From assembly GCF_036321535.1 (NCBI RefSeq), contig NC_087442.1:68882001-68946000 (forward strand): a stretch of 64,000 bases of DNA, written 5' to 3'. Within the stretch, counting starts at the first letter, position 1. Every line of letters starts with the position of its first letter. Under the pieces are notes generated by a model. That model saw only the letters and a program-made list of their open reading frames with translations, had not been told where the DNA came from and made no database searches. Positions 27,091-41,020 of this stretch are shown here, one piece after another. This stretch comes from Camelus dromedarius. Lineage: Eukaryota. Position numbers and translations under genes: made by a program.

Positions 27091-27639
27091 TTTACGGCTT
27101 GCATTATTTTACTTCTCTCTAAAGAGCTTTTTTAAATGTTTCTTGGAAGGCAAAAATGGCAATTTCTTAATTAGATAAACTTGCCGCTTTCAATTTTCAC
27201 TCTCTTGTACACACACACATGCCACAACCTGGACATTGTGCCTAAAACAGGGAGTGTGGTTCTTCTACACTTTAGTCTAAACATCTCTGCTTTCCATCTA
27301 TAAAATACGCTGGTTAAAGGGCAAACAAAGTAGTCACCTTGACCTTTGAGATGTAGAGGTGTCCCCGTGTGAGGACTGGGAAGGCAGGGGCGGCAGAAAG
27401 CTGACACAACTGGAAAGCATGTGGCCACTGTCACCCAGGGAGCTCTTCCCAGGCTGTCCATGCCCTTGCCTGGGAAAATTACTTTCCCTGATGCTACAAG
27501 TTCTGGGAACCAGCTGCTGAGTCAGCTGGGGCTTTTGCATGCATCTCTTCCACATATCTATCAAAGGCCACAGCGTCTCTCCATTTGGATCTCTCACAGG
27601 GAACTCCAACTTGGCTTATTAAAACTATATTCACTGTGC

Positions 27640-28625
27640 TCTCTACAGACTGATTTCTCCTCCTTGTTCTCAGTTTCAGAAGTGTTGTTGTTTTGGCCCA
27701 GTTTTCGAGTCCTCTAGCATCTTTGCCTTTCCCTTCCTGACCCACCCATATCTAGCCAGTCTCAATGTCCGACGAATGCTGCTCTTGAGTCCATCTTCCA
27801 AATCCGTCTTACTTGCTCACCCAGGTAAAGTCATTCCCTTATCATTATTTGCCTGATTATGGCCATAGCCCCTATAAGTGTCTCTTCTTTCTGTTAGTAC
27901 CAGCTACAGTTCCTTCTGAAATTTAAATCTAATTGTACCTTTCTTTTATTTTAAATTCCGGCTGATTAAAGCCCAAACTCCTTAGATTGACCTATAAGAA
28001 TGACTCACCTAAAGGAGTGAAGGGCACAGAGGGAGCTATTTGGAGGTCCCGCCATTGTTCAGATATGAGGAAATTAATACCTGAATAAGGATCATGGTCA
28101 TGGAAATGAGAAAGAAAGGCTGGAGATGAGACACTCTGAAGTAGAGAAAAATTATGTATGGTGAATGACCGTGTGTAGGGAGGATCTGCAGAATTCGAGA
28201 ACAATAAGGTTTTGAATTTCTGCAACCAGGAGTGTGATACAACAATTGACAGTAACTGGAAAATGAAGCTCTCCTCACCTGGCAGCCCAGCCGTGCCCCA
28301 GTATAGGACTCCCTTCTCCACCTCACACCTGTGGACTTTGCTTTCTGGTGCACATCCTCCCACTCTGTCAATTGTTTACTGACACCCTCCTCACCAACGA
28401 ACATAGGCTTGAGCATCACCTTTGGCAAGGCTTTGGAAGAGGCAGAGAGGTATGAACCATAAGCTGGCACCTGTCCTAATGAAACTTAGCATTTGAAAGG
28501 GGAGAAGCCACAGGTTGTCAACCTTCTGTGATCACACCTGCTCTTTATCCATCTTATATTCTGTCAGGTTCAGAGTCTTGTGCATGACTGAGCCTTAGTA
28601 AATCACTGAACGAAGTGGTTGAAGG
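27640..28625 (+). mobile_element. L2 LINE remnant(s)
   Basis: cccatatctagccagtctc...ccatcttccaaatccgtc...atttgcctgattatggccatagccc resembles the L2 ORF2 3' region. An L2-type terminus (tagtaaatcactgaacgaagtggttgaagga) lies at ~28595-28625. Confidence 0.5.
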
Positions 28626-30414
28626 AGTAACTGAGGAGGCTGAGGAGGTGGCTAATATTCATTCCAGGTGAGAGGGCTCAGGAGCAGAGGTGTGACCATA
28701 CAAAAGATGTGTTTGAGTACAAAACACAGCCCAGTTTCTCTTAAAGGTTTGTAAAATAGAGTCATGAAATATTTGATTGGATGAAAAATCATTGAAGGAT
28801 GAAGAAGCAGTTTAGATATTGATAAATGGTGGAGAATTTTGAAACAGAGTTTACAGGATTTAAACTTTAGAAATGTTTCACAATAGATGATAAAACTTTT
28901 TTTGAAGTTGATAGATGAGTGGCACATGTGAAGCAACGCTTTAGGGAGACAGGAACCTCAGAGTCGGCCTTCAGTTCTGAGTTGCTGCGTTATCATCTGA
29001 GATACTGAGGCAAGACTCTGAACCATGCCTGTAGTTCAGATTGCGCTGCAAGTAATGGCCTTGTATTCTTGGGGAACAAAGACTTTATATGTGGGCAAGC
29101 AGCTTACCATATCTACATAGAGCAATACACCTTCACATGTCCAGAAAATAAAAGTCACATGTAAGGAAAACTGTGGCTATTTATGCTTTCACGTAAAACT
29201 TAAATTCTAACAATAGGGCGTCATTTAGGATACAGCTCTACCTAAAAAATATTCTGTGTTATACACTAATTCATTCAGATTTTCTTAGGTTTATGGCAGA
29301 CTGTACGTTTAGGACTTCTGATGAGGAAGGGTATATACATTTTCCTCTGTCACGATGTCACTATTTGGGCAAAGCGAGGTATCACAAGTGACTTTTTCTC
29401 TTTAGCTCACTGTGTTCGTGGGTTCATCATTCGTTCGATAATTTCTTTTCTGTTTTTTCCTGGGCCGGCAAGCAGAGACTCACTCCTTTGCACTTGATCC
29501 TAACGAGGTAAAATCAGAAGCTGTGCTTGGAGTTCTCTTACTCTCACGTGTCTTCTTTTGTGTTCAGCAGAGTCTCCTCCTTCCTTTGCTTACTGAGGAG
29601 ACTGTTCAGAACAGAACGAAGGTGCCCTTTTCTCCCTCTAACAGAGCAGGCATCCTCTCTCCACCATGCAGTCCCCTAAACCAGGCAGCTTCTTGACAAA
29701 GATTTCTGGCATAACAACAAAATGAGACCCAGTGACTCGAAGCCGTGGTTTCTCTCTGGCACTCGCGCAGTCACTCAGCAAGGCAGGGTCAGTGTCTGCT
29801 GTGTCCACTGTTTCATCAGAAACGAGATTAATACTTATCTGGTCGGCTTTGCTCTTTAGCTGTCAAATTGGAGAAAACTGTCTATTCAGTAACAGCACTT
29901 CTGTTCACATCTATGTAAACATCTGCACATTAATTCTTGAAGAATCTGTTTAGTCTATTCTAAGTAGCTGCCATATAAGGAAGTGACATTGGCGATGTTA
30001 TAGCAATTTGTTTCTTTAATACAGATCTCAGTCTATAATGTTGAACTGTACCACAGGTGACACACCCTAAGGTCCCCCAAATGGATTCTCCATTATGCAT
30101 ATCACACCATCTTTTTCATACAGCTTAGTTTTCTTTGTGGAGGTGATGCTTGAATGTACCTAGTGTGCCCCACCTAAGCAGCCAGATTTATTGCCTTTGC
30201 ATGTTTCCTAAAGAATAAAATTTCACATCCTTGGAAAGTACAAAATGATAGCAGATATTCAATTTAAAATAATATATATTTGATCATATATGCTGGTCAT
30301 TATTTACTATTACTGAATAGGAAGTCAAGCTGTTTACAGAGTTCAAGTACCTATTTGTGGGCCTATCGAATTTAGCTCCCAGAACAAAAATTTCACGAGT
30401 ACAAGAGGAATCTA

Positions 30415-30612
30415 AGCATAGTGAAGAAAGCAGTGAATTGACTATGGCATTTTCTAGTGTAAGGGCTGTGGCATAGTTCTTAGCCTCAGTTTGCTCTTCT
30501 TTAAAGTGGGGAGAATAGTAACTTCGCAGTAGCTGTCATGGGGATATTGACAATACACGTGTAAGGTGTTCAGTCAGTGCTTGGTACACAGAACATATTC
30601 ATTGACTGTTAA
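30415..30612 (+). mobile_element. MIR SINE
   Basis: cctcagtttgctcttctttaaagtggggagaatagtaac...gtaaggtgttcagtcagtgcttggtacacag matches the MIR core and 3' end. Confidence 0.7.
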
Positions 30613-32529
30613 TTCCTCGAGGCAGATTAATAATTACATAGGTTCTAGATTCCAGTGTTCTGCTCATCCAGAGTGGGTATGCATGCATGTATTCTCTAGC
30701 TATTGCGTATGTTGTGAACAAGAGTAATAATAATAATACAAAGAAAATCACAGTTGTTATATTTCTAACGTGCTTCTTTCAAAGTCGTGTAGCACAATAG
30801 TGTAAATTTCTGACCACGTGAAGTTTGTCAATGTCAGCTGGTCAGTGACTATAGGAGGACGCTTTGTAAAAAGCTAGCGTTGCAAATAAACAATTGTAAA
30901 AAAATTTTTAAAAAACTGAGTCTAAGATTAGGCCTTTCAGTCCTTCCTAAGTGAAGCTGCACGTCTTGATGTTGACCTGTTGCTAGTCACAGTTCTAAGT
31001 GTGGCATCTGTATTAGGGTACACGTAACACTAATGATGGAGTTGAAAACAGACATGATTTTTAGATCTTCTGGCTCAAACACTTAGTGAGCCAGGCTGAG
31101 CAAGGAAGCACCTGTTTCTTAAGGAAAGAATTGCCTGCATCTCACAGACTGTAAGTTCCAGTTTGTGTTTTCAACATGAACCGACATCAGTCATTTAATA
31201 TTAAGTAAAAATAACCAGGAAATGACTAGTTTTATTAGCTCCTGTACTTACAGCATATCCTCTCAAATGGTGTAATGGTTGCCTTGAATATTATTTTGTT
31301 ATGACTTGGTCCATGAAGACACAACATCCTTCATGACAACTTAAAAAGTTTGGAATCCACAGAGGAATTAACCCAATATTCCTATTTAATTTGTCCCTGA
31401 GTCTGAATGAGACATTGTAGAAATAAAGTCTGAGTTTCTCTGACCAAGTCTAGGAACCACCTGTGATGGCAAATAACCCACTTGCAGGAGAGAGGATATG
31501 CAGTCACTCGAGAAAATAAACTTGCCGTCTAAAGCTAGTAAATAGAATGAAGAACATGTTGAGAGTAACTTAAAGGGGCTTTTGTCTAACAGAAGACTCT
31601 TGGAAGCCAGACTGGGGAAATCTAGATGTTGTTAGAAAGGGAGGTGACAGTAACCACAGTTGGCTTTTAAAAGATTTTTCTGGAAGGCAGAATTCCTTTG
31701 GAAAACACTTTATGCACCAGCATGAATACATTTCTGAGATACTCTAGACAAAGACAAATTTTATTTCATTGTGGCTTTAGCCATATTACAATGTTCATAA
31801 ACTATTTTCCCTTATGCCAGACATGTGGAAGCAATCAGTATATGTAAATGATATGTGAAGGTGAGGTATAGTTTTAGCTTAAAAACTTAGACTGTCTGTG
31901 GTTATAAATTATAACCACATCACAGAGAGCTACTCGCCTTTTAATAGTAACTTAAATGTAAAAATAATCAGCGATAAATTCTTAAAACTGCTAGTGTTTT
32001 CTTAGTAAAGCACAATAAACGTAAAACAAAGTGCTACTCTGCGCTGTTACATATTTTTTTAAGACACAACATTTAAAGGCAAATATTTTTTACCTTAAGT
32101 AATTGTTAAAATGTAAGTAGCTGTAGTTAGACGTGATTACATCAGTCTATCTCTGAAAAACTACTTTACCAATGGTTGCATTTTAGATTAACTCCAGTTA
32201 TCCTTTATGAATATAAATGCCCCCTCCTTTTTTCTGTTAGTATGATATCAATTTGGTTTTGCCTATAATATACTTTTTATACATATATATGTGTATATAT
32301 GTATTCATATGCTTCATAACATTTCATGAATTTTGAATATATAAACCTGAATCAAATCTCCTTGAAAAGGAAATAGATATAATAAAAATAAATGTTTTCC
32401 TTTCTTTAAATTCAAAACAATGAAACTCAGTCTCAATATGATGGTTCTGTGCCTCTCTTATAATATTTTTACCATCTGCTATATGTAAAGCTGGATAGTA
32501 AAATAACAGGAATTCAAAGTGGTATTACT

Positions 32530-32553
32530 ACACACACACACACACACACACAC
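32530..32553. repeat. (AC)12 microsatellite
   Basis: Read directly from the sequence. Confidence 0.95.
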
Positions 32554-33216
32554 GTAACTAGAGGAGGGAAAGAAATGAAGCAAAATAAAATAAATCAAAG
32601 ATGACTATTTAAGCATTAATTTACCATCTTTTCAATGAAGAAAAGCACAAGGCCATATTTTGTTAGACTGAAATCAGGTCTGTTATACTTCTAATTTGAT
32701 CATAATAAAACAAAAAATAAAACCAACCAAACTTATTCTAACATATTTACTTGAGAGAACAAAGAAACAATCATTATACTAAGTATCTAAGTAAAATGCA
32801 CCGATATAGAAAAGAGAGAAATAGTCCCCAAACCATGGCTCTACAAGCCATCCTTCATTTAATAGGCACGTTCTGGGCCAGGGTCTCTGACAACCTGGGA
32901 CAGGGATAAAATACACAGTCCCTGCGTGTAAAGACCCTTCCCTCCAGTGTCAACCCAGATTGATTAGGGTTTAGTATATCATTAAGCTACTTTAAAAAAT
33001 ATGGAAGTTTTAAAAAGTAGAATTAATTCCACAGTCTACTAGACAAATGCTGGTTACCATTTGGAGTTTATTTCCTAGAGCAATAGTGGAGGAGTGTGAG
33101 GAGAGGATGAATGACTGGGAGTGGAGGAGTTAAGCAGAGAAGCGTTGACTCGGCTGCTGGATGTGAAAGTGCTAAAAGGGAGACAGATTCTTCAACTCGG
33201 ATGCATGTGTGTGCAT

Positions 33217-33240
33217 GTGCGTGCGTGCGTGCGTGCGTGC
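33217..33240. repeat. (GTGC)6 repeat within an alternating purine-pyrimidine tract
   Basis: Read directly. Flanked by atgcatgtgtgtgcat and ttgcatgtatgtgtg. Confidence 0.9.
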
Positions 33241-33869
33241 TTGCATGTATGTGTGGTATTATTGCTATTGTTGCAGTTTGATCTAAGGTTTTACTGTAAC
33301 TCTCATTACTTGATACATGTTATTATGCCCTTACTTCTTTAAATACTGTTCTCTTTCTCATCTAGAAAACGTTTTTTTAAAACGTATAAACTCATTTCAA
33401 ATGGACAGAAATGTACTAAGTATTACTCTCCACCAGTCACTATAATGACTGCTAGGAATAGGAAAACCTATAGGGTTAATCCCTGTTCTCAGGAACCTTA
33501 ACATAGTGCTCAAGAAAGTATACCACCTAATGATAAGGCAGATTGGGCCATCATTTAGATAGAAAGCAAATGCTCTGAAGTTTAGAGGTGACAATGGGTT
33601 GTTAATTATGGTAGGATTGCTATTGAGCTAAAGAAAATATATTTAACAAGGAGTGAAAATTAATCTGGGCCCATAAGGATGAAGAAAGTTTTGCAAGGAA
33701 GAATGGGGAAGGCCTTTCTGGTAGAAGCACAGTGTGGAGACATGAGGCATTAATGTGTATAGCTTATCTAAGAAGCTGCAAAATTAATCTTACATGGAAT
33801 GTAGTAACCAAGAGTGAGGCAGTGGGAGCCAGTTTGAAAATCTGAGTATGTAGGTGATCATTGATTCTT

Positions 33870-34300
33870 TATAATCTTTGACCATTCCTCTAGTACGTAC
33901 TAATATGGTATGTCATGAAATACACTATACTAATGGGATAGGCACAGATGAAGATGATATGTCTTCTGCCCCAAGGAGCTCCCATTCAGTGGGGAAGGCA
34001 GGCAAATTTGTCAAAACACACATAACAAGGCAAATGTGCGAAGAATAATATATCCTGACAAAGAACTGTGAAAATTCAGAAAAGTAAGCTATTACAGAGG
34101 CATGGGATCAGGAAAGCCCCTCATGTGAGAAGAAGCATTTGAGGTGGGCCTCAAAGAGCCTTTTGGCAGGCATGGAGGAGAGAGGAAGTACAGAAAATAT
34201 TCCAGGCCATGGAGGTAAAGAAGCAATAAGCAGGGGAGAGTGTTAAGAAAAAGTCATGAAATGTTTACTGTTTTAGTTTGCCTAAGCGCATTTAAGAAAA
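33870..34300 (-). mobile_element. L2 fragment
   Basis: tctgccccaaggagctcccattcagtggggaaggcagg...gaagcatttgaggtgggcctcaaag is the characteristic reverse L2 pattern. Confidence 0.6.
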
Positions 34301-34542
34301 TCATATGAGGTAAGTAAAGATACTAATTGACTAACCAGAGGCGGCTGACTTGATTTCTCCGAGCACACAGTACATGACACAAAAGAGGTATTCGGTAACT
34401 GTTCAGTCTTTTACCCTTCAGTTTCCAATAGAAATGTTTAAATATCTTGTAGAAATTGTCATTATCATTATTTTTAAGTGCTGTATTTAAGTACATTTTA
34501 GGTGCATGGTACCAAGTCCAGAACCATCATCTAGTTAGAGTT

Positions 34543-34720
34543 AGTAGAACATAGTATTTAAGAACATGGTGCTAGTAATCAGGAAACTGTGGCTCAAATC
34601 TGACACTTGACTGTGTGATCTTGGACAGTGTGCCCCACCAAAACTCAGTGTTTATTTAAGAGATGGGAATAATAAAGGATCTACCCTTTGGGATGCTTGT
34701 CTACATTACATGAGGCTTAG
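34543..34720 (+). mobile_element. MIR SINE
   Basis: agaacatggtgctagtaatcagg...ctgtgtgatcttggacagt...agatgggaataataaaggatctaccc. Confidence 0.6.
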
Positions 34721-37700
34721 ATGGTGCCTCTTAAAAATGCATCATGGATGATACACATGGAGCACTGGCAAAGTAACTGGCATGGTGAGTGCCCAGTAGT
34801 ATTGCATTTTAATATAAAATACAGGAATGGCTCACAATGTGAGGTATCAGGCCAAGTGATAAAGTGCAGAAAAGGTAGTAAGTATAATGGAGAAGCCAAG
34901 GAGGCATTCTTAACAAAGGAGTGAGATAAGGGCTGAGGAGTCAAGGAAGTGTACGAGGATAAGTCAAAAGTTTTAGATAGTGGTGTGAGCAATTAGGTAA
35001 ATACATATGCTATATTTAGAGGGAGAAAGGCAATTTGTTTGATTGCCTTTTCCCTCAATTGTATTAAACACTGGTTTAAATAAATCATTTCAGTCAATGT
35101 GACTAAGCTCTTTGGTGATGTAGATGCTAATTATTGTGATTGATTTTCTGTTATTCTTTCGGTCTTCTGAGAAGATTGATAAGGAGTGACTAGGTCAAGA
35201 TGTTTAAAATAGGGAAGACGTGAAAGAGCAAGGTGACCAGATATCCCAACAGTTGCAGCTGAGAATAGAGTTGTCTGATGATCTGTCCAGAAGTTTATCA
35301 AGACAGTTAAAGAAGTAGAAGTAAATCAAATCAGAAGAATGGAATCCAGGGGATGAAATACATGCTGTGAGGTGGGATTGGGGAGCAGGAACTTTACTCA
35401 AAATTGTATTGGTTAATGCTTTTTTTTTCCTTACATGTCTCATGCATTTGAGACAGGAAACAACTCTATCATACAAAATCATTTAAACTTTTATAAATGA
35501 TTTTGGATTGCTTCACCATAATAACTAAATAGAGTCCTTTCTGAATGTAATTTATAAAAGTGAGCATAATATACATCATACGTAGAACAAAACTGTACAA
35601 ATGGTTATTACTAAACAGTAGCTTGTTTCCATAATCTCATTGCATTTCACTTGCTGTTGAACTTGTGCTTTACAATATGTGGTTTTCTTTTAGCTCAGGA
35701 AAAGAGCAGAAAGAGAGTTCTACCTTATGTGGCAATAATAGGTAGATGCTATAGCTGAATAACTAAGCTATATTATATTATAATCATTTAGAAGAATAAA
35801 ATGCACGGCTTCTCAAGGAGAAGCAAAGACAGGTAGTCTACATGTAGCTTGTTTATTGTAATGTGTCTTCTGGTATGTTATGGATCAAAATACACTTTAT
35901 GAAGTATAACAGCTACACACAGTAAAGGCTGTGTTGTGTGCCCTTTAGTTCTCCTGATATCACAATTCTGAAGGCATGCCACTGGATTATAGCTCTGTTC
36001 TTTCAACTCTTCTCTCTTAAATATCACGTGCAGGAGAATGAGCTTCTTTTGAATGAACATGTCTCATTGCGTTCTTTTAACTTTTTGAAGTAGCATTTTC
36101 TTAACCTTTTCCCTGGGTATTTCTAATAACAGAAGACTATTCCAAAAACATTTTCAAGAAATGTGATAGTGCTACTGAAGTTGTCCAATATCGTGGCTCA
36201 AGGCGAGACATTATCATGAAAGCAGGCTTAGAGGGTGCCATTTTTTTCCAATTTCCAGAGCCAGTTATCTTCACTGCTGAAATCGAATGTTGCACACTCT
36301 AAACCTAATGTATACTCCTAGGAAAGATGACTCCAGACTGAATTAACTGAATTATTTGCAAAGGTAAAGCAAAGCCATAGCTTTCATTTCCCAAACTAAC
36401 ATTGTCAGAGTGGCTAGGAAATGCAAGTGAATAGGGAATACTGGGTATTGCTCTCTGTCAAATCTAAAAGCTGTCTTAAATGCTTAAAGAAATGCTTAAG
36501 CATCCTTAAACACTGCTTTTCAGTCTTAGATTAAGCATAGGAAGACCTGTTTGCTTGGTCTACAAATACTGATTTTTCTACTGTTATCTTTGCAGAAAAA
36601 GAGTTCATGTTAAGCCACCATTCCCGGCCCTTCTTGGTATTAATCTGGTACCCTAGTGGTTTGCCATGCCATCTTTCATGAATAAATAAGCTCATACATC
36701 TTAGAAGATAATAGATGATTTTTTCCCTTTTTGATAGGTATGCATCAAACGCATGGTATGTTTTCCATTAAATACAGGAAGAGAGAACCATTTGTGGTAG
36801 AAATTCCAATAGAAAACATATTTACACCCCTCTGATCTTTATTCCAGTCTGGATAACAATTTTGTTATTTGGCTGCTCCTTTTATCAAAGTTCTTACTAT
36901 TCATACTAATTGGGACCTTGATTTAAATGGCTTCAGCAATTTACGGCACACCACAGAATAACCTTGTAACATGTATTCAGTACCAAGATTTGTATCTACT
37001 GAAATATAAGAACTGCATCCTAAATAATTTATAAATTCAGTGAAACAAGATATTGCATGTATTGAAAAGGGAGCAACGCAACAGAATTATTCTTGAAAAA
37101 TATTGGAAGTTTTAATTTAGAATTGCATATTTAGGCTGTCACAGATTTACCATTTCCCATGCCAAATAAAATAATAGGAGTGCTGTGAAAATTTAATGCT
37201 TGTTAGTGTTGGTGAATCACTGTGACCATAAATAAAAACTGCTATAAAACTTCAGAGCATTCTTTTGTGGGGCAGGCAAGGTTCATGTAGAGTCTGCTCC
37301 TATGCCTACTTCCAGACATTTAGGAGTCACATATCAAGCTTTTAATCGTATGTGCATCCACTTGATGAGATGTTTATCAGATTGTTTTATTCTAAACAAT
37401 GGATATAATAATATAGAGAAAAAGTAAAAAGACTGATGTAGGTTTCCAATCAAAACATTTGTTAGCTATCATTTAGATTACCAGAACCATTCATCTGTTT
37501 GCTTTATGCTCTGCCCTTAAGTCAATGGAATTTGCTCTCAAGAGAATTCTGGTTTTCAACCCACCAGGGTCCCAAATAACACAGACTGCTGATTACTAGA
37601 CTTTCACATGTACCTCCAAGGGGTGGACCCTCACGCTTCTAAAGCAAGGGAGAGCTGACACTTGGACGCTCAATGGGCACAGGCGGTACATGAGGCGGTG

Positions 37701-37877
37701 ACGTGAGATTGCCCTTCCTGCTCCTTTTTACTGAGGATGATTGGCATTCCACAACACTGATGTATCCTGATGTTTGAAATACAGTTAGCTCTAGAACAAC
37801 TGTTTTTAAAGTTATTTAAAGTAAGTAACACTTTCTGTTAGAAATAAATAATGGTGGTGATAAAAGTAATGTCAACA

Positions 37878-38082
37878 ATCACTACTTAATGAATATCTAT
37901 CATTAGCCAGAGACCACTCTAAGATTTTTGTGTAAACCATCTCATTACATTACAAACCATTACAACCATTCTAGTCAGTAGACGTTTTCCGTCTTTTTAT
38001 GGATGAAGAAACCAAGGCCCAAAGTACAAGAAGTAGTAGGGAAAAAAAAGATAGAATTTTCATGTCTGACACCAAAGCCTTC
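37878..38082 (-). mobile_element. MIR SINE
   Basis: ttttatggatgaagaaaccaaggcccaaag...tgtctgacaccaaagcc matches the reverse MIR core. Confidence 0.6.
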
Positions 38083-38084
38083 AA

Positions 38085-38345
38085 TTTTTTTTTTTTAACT
38101 TTTTGTAAGAACACCTAACACAAGATCTGCCCTCTTAGTAAGTGTTTAAGTGTACAGTTGTTCGTTACAGGTATAATGTTGTACAGCAGGTCACCAGAGC
38201 TTATTTATCTTGCTTAATTGAAACTTTGTGTTCATTGATTGATAACCTCCCGTTTTCCCCTCCCCCGACCTCTGGTAACCATCATTCCACTCTCTGATTC
38301 TATGAATCTGCCTATTTTAGATATCTCATATAAGTGGAATCATTA
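38085..38345 (-). mobile_element. L1 3' UTR fragment (L1MA-like)
   Basis: Poly-T followed by taagaacacctaacacaagatctgccctcttag...tctggtaaccatcattccactctctgattctatgaat...tctcatataagtggaatcat, a typical reverse L1MA 3' end. Confidence 0.85.
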
Positions 38346-39648
38346 TTTTTAATCGCTGGCTCTTTGTTGAAGAAGATCTGATTCAGGTGATTGGAAGAAA
38401 CCACTATTCAAAGGCTGCAACTGTGCAGTTGGACATAATCATTATGGTATGGAAAAATAACGTAAAATAATAATTTCAAAAGCACAGTCCTAAAATTCTT
38501 GACATAAATTATTGCTACTGGGTTTGAGGGGCTAAACATTTCAGAGACTGTTGCATTTCCAAGAAGTTAACCAGAGATTTAAAATACACACTAATACCCA
38601 TAATCTTTAGGAAAAATGAAATCTTTTTCTCTAAGCATATGGGCTACTTACAAAAATGAACACTTTGTCCTATAAAAAGATCTATTCCAATCTTAGATAT
38701 TCATTCATTCTATATATTTATTTAGAAAATGACATGGATTTCCATAAAATCTTTCATTTTTTTGAAGTGAATCCTACTGCATATTTTTCCAGTAATGAGT
38801 AGCTAATCATATACCATTAAGTAATTAAGTTTACTGAAGTAAAAAAGCAGTATATAAAAAGGAATTTTTGCAATAGGAAACAGTTCTAGCCTCTTTTTTG
38901 TTGATGCTTAAGATGTTTCAGCATACAAACCATTATTACAGATTACAAGAAAATTTTAGGCAAAATGCAAGTGAAACTTCTATAATATGATGCCTGGTTG
39001 AGGTTGAAATACTGCAAAACCTCTGTGTTCCACAGGATTTACTCTCTAAACCATAAATCCCTTCCTAACATCCAAATATTATCCTAGAACTGGCACGTTC
39101 AACCTGGTTCATATAAAGGTTTCTAAGTTTTGGCAAACTTTTTGACAAGTGAATGAAATCAGAGGCTAGAGTCAATTGTCACATTCTATTGCTAATGCTT
39201 TATTGTAGGCATTACTTCTCAGAATTAATGAAATGGGCACTTCTTATGAAATGTTAAGAGGCTCATCAGTCTTTCAGGAAGAAAGGAAAAACGGTGCGTA
39301 CGTAATGTGACTGCTCTAGTTTACCAGTAAATGATGAGTTCTTCTGTTTAGAAATGACAAAAGAAGTGACAACTGTGAATACCACAGATGATGTTTTGGT
39401 TTTTAAGTTAGCTCTTTCACTTAAAAAAAGGTTTCCAGTGGTGTCCAGATGAAGAATTGGAATAATTAATTATAAACCTTAAAGCACTTGCCTTGACTAT
39501 CGCGCACCTGGAAATTTATGAAGGATTATTATGCATATCTCAGTATTTCTATACATCAGGATTTGATTTCTGTTTCATATTTCTGCTGATGGACTTCAGA
39601 TACAAATATCTTTTTGTATTCTGGGTCTGTTCTTCTGGATGTACCAAC

Positions 39649-39775
39649 TTTTTTGCAGGGGGTAAGATAATTAGATTTATTTATTTGTTTATTCTTAGAG
39701 AAGGCCCTGGGAATTGAAGCCAGGACCTCATGCATGCTAAGCATGCGCTCTACCACTTGAGCTATCCCCTCCCCC
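39649..39775 (-). mobile_element. tRNA-Ala-derived SINE, camelid Vic-1 type
   Basis: Minus strand reads GGGGGAGGGGATAGCTCAAGTGGTAGAGCGCATGCTTAGCATGCATGAGGTCCTGGCTTCAATTCCCAGGGCC, then an AT-rich (AAAT)n tail, CCCCC and an A-tail. A box intact, B box with one mismatch. TSD ctggatgtaccaac (39635-39648) / ctggatgtgccaac (39775-39788). Confidence 0.88.
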
Positions 39776-41020
39776 TGGATGTGCCAACCTGAATTCGTAT
39801 CAACTTGCGTTTTGTCAGGTCACCTTCTCTCTGACTCCTCTTATCCTCCACCCTCAGTGTAAGGCACCATGATCCATGCAGCTGAGTTGGGAACTTGGGT
39901 CATGCTGGGTTTCTCCATTATATAAAATGGATTTGATTACAGAGTTCCAATAAATAAATAGAAATTTTATAACAATTTTAAAAGGTATTTCAGATGGTTC
40001 AATGGAAGGCTCTGACTTTTCTATGATTGGTAATGATCCCTTAAAAGATGATATGACAAAAGTAGGCCAAATACCCTAACTGATGATATGGAAACGTACA
40101 AAATAAGCATAATGGTTGGTCAACTCACAAAATATAGACAAATTCCGATTCAAAATATAAAAGGGTGTGTTTGATACTTGAAAGAAATGTAGTGAAATCT
40201 TACTTTTGATCATTTAGCTTCCTTCCTGCACCATGGAAGTTATTAGATGCTCTTTTTGGCTTTGATTTTTGTTTGAAGCAGCCTAATCATGTTCCCAGGT
40301 AAGCAGAATAAAATATAATGTTTGGTTAAAAACATTTTAAATGTTTAGTATTAAACTAATTTGATCCTCTCTTAATATGATACATTTTCGTATCAAAACA
40401 AAGTATAAAAATTATATTTTCTTCATTAAATTTTTGTTTATTTTCTGTTTCATTTTGTTTTCTACAAATCTTATATGTAGTTACTGTTCAGCTACTTAAG
40501 ATATTATTTATCTAGATTTATGTGATAAAACAAAGGAAAACAATTAAAGAAGATACCACTTACTGACATTAAATTAATTGACCATATTAATTGCCTAAAT
40601 TGCTATCTTTATGTTATTATTTTGTAACGAATGAAATCTTCTAGTGATTTTGTGTATTTAAAGGTAGAACACTTTCTAATCTTTGCCAAAGGTGTTAATT
40701 TACATATTCATATGCAATTTACATAATTTAAAAGTTTCGCCTATTTCAAAGTAATATACATCCCTCAGATCTGCACAAATTGTCAATGAGTAACTGCAAA
40801 TCTCTTCCCACTCTCCAACCCAAACAAGAAAATACAATTTATCTGTCTCATTAAGCCCACTGCAGAAAAAAACCTTTCCCTTTCATGTGATGTCATATTT
40901 TAATACTGGATCGTCATAACTTGAAACTGAACTCTATGTTCATTTTCCTTGAAAATTTTTTCTTGCTTCAGAAATAAGCAGTATGTGTTGATTTTGTATT
41001 CTCATTGAAATAACTATTCA

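Noticed and set aside
39700-39775. Possible tRNA-Ala(AGC) gene
   Set aside because: The 3' acceptor stem does not pair, and the element has an AT-rich tail, an A-tail and a TSD, so it is a SINE.
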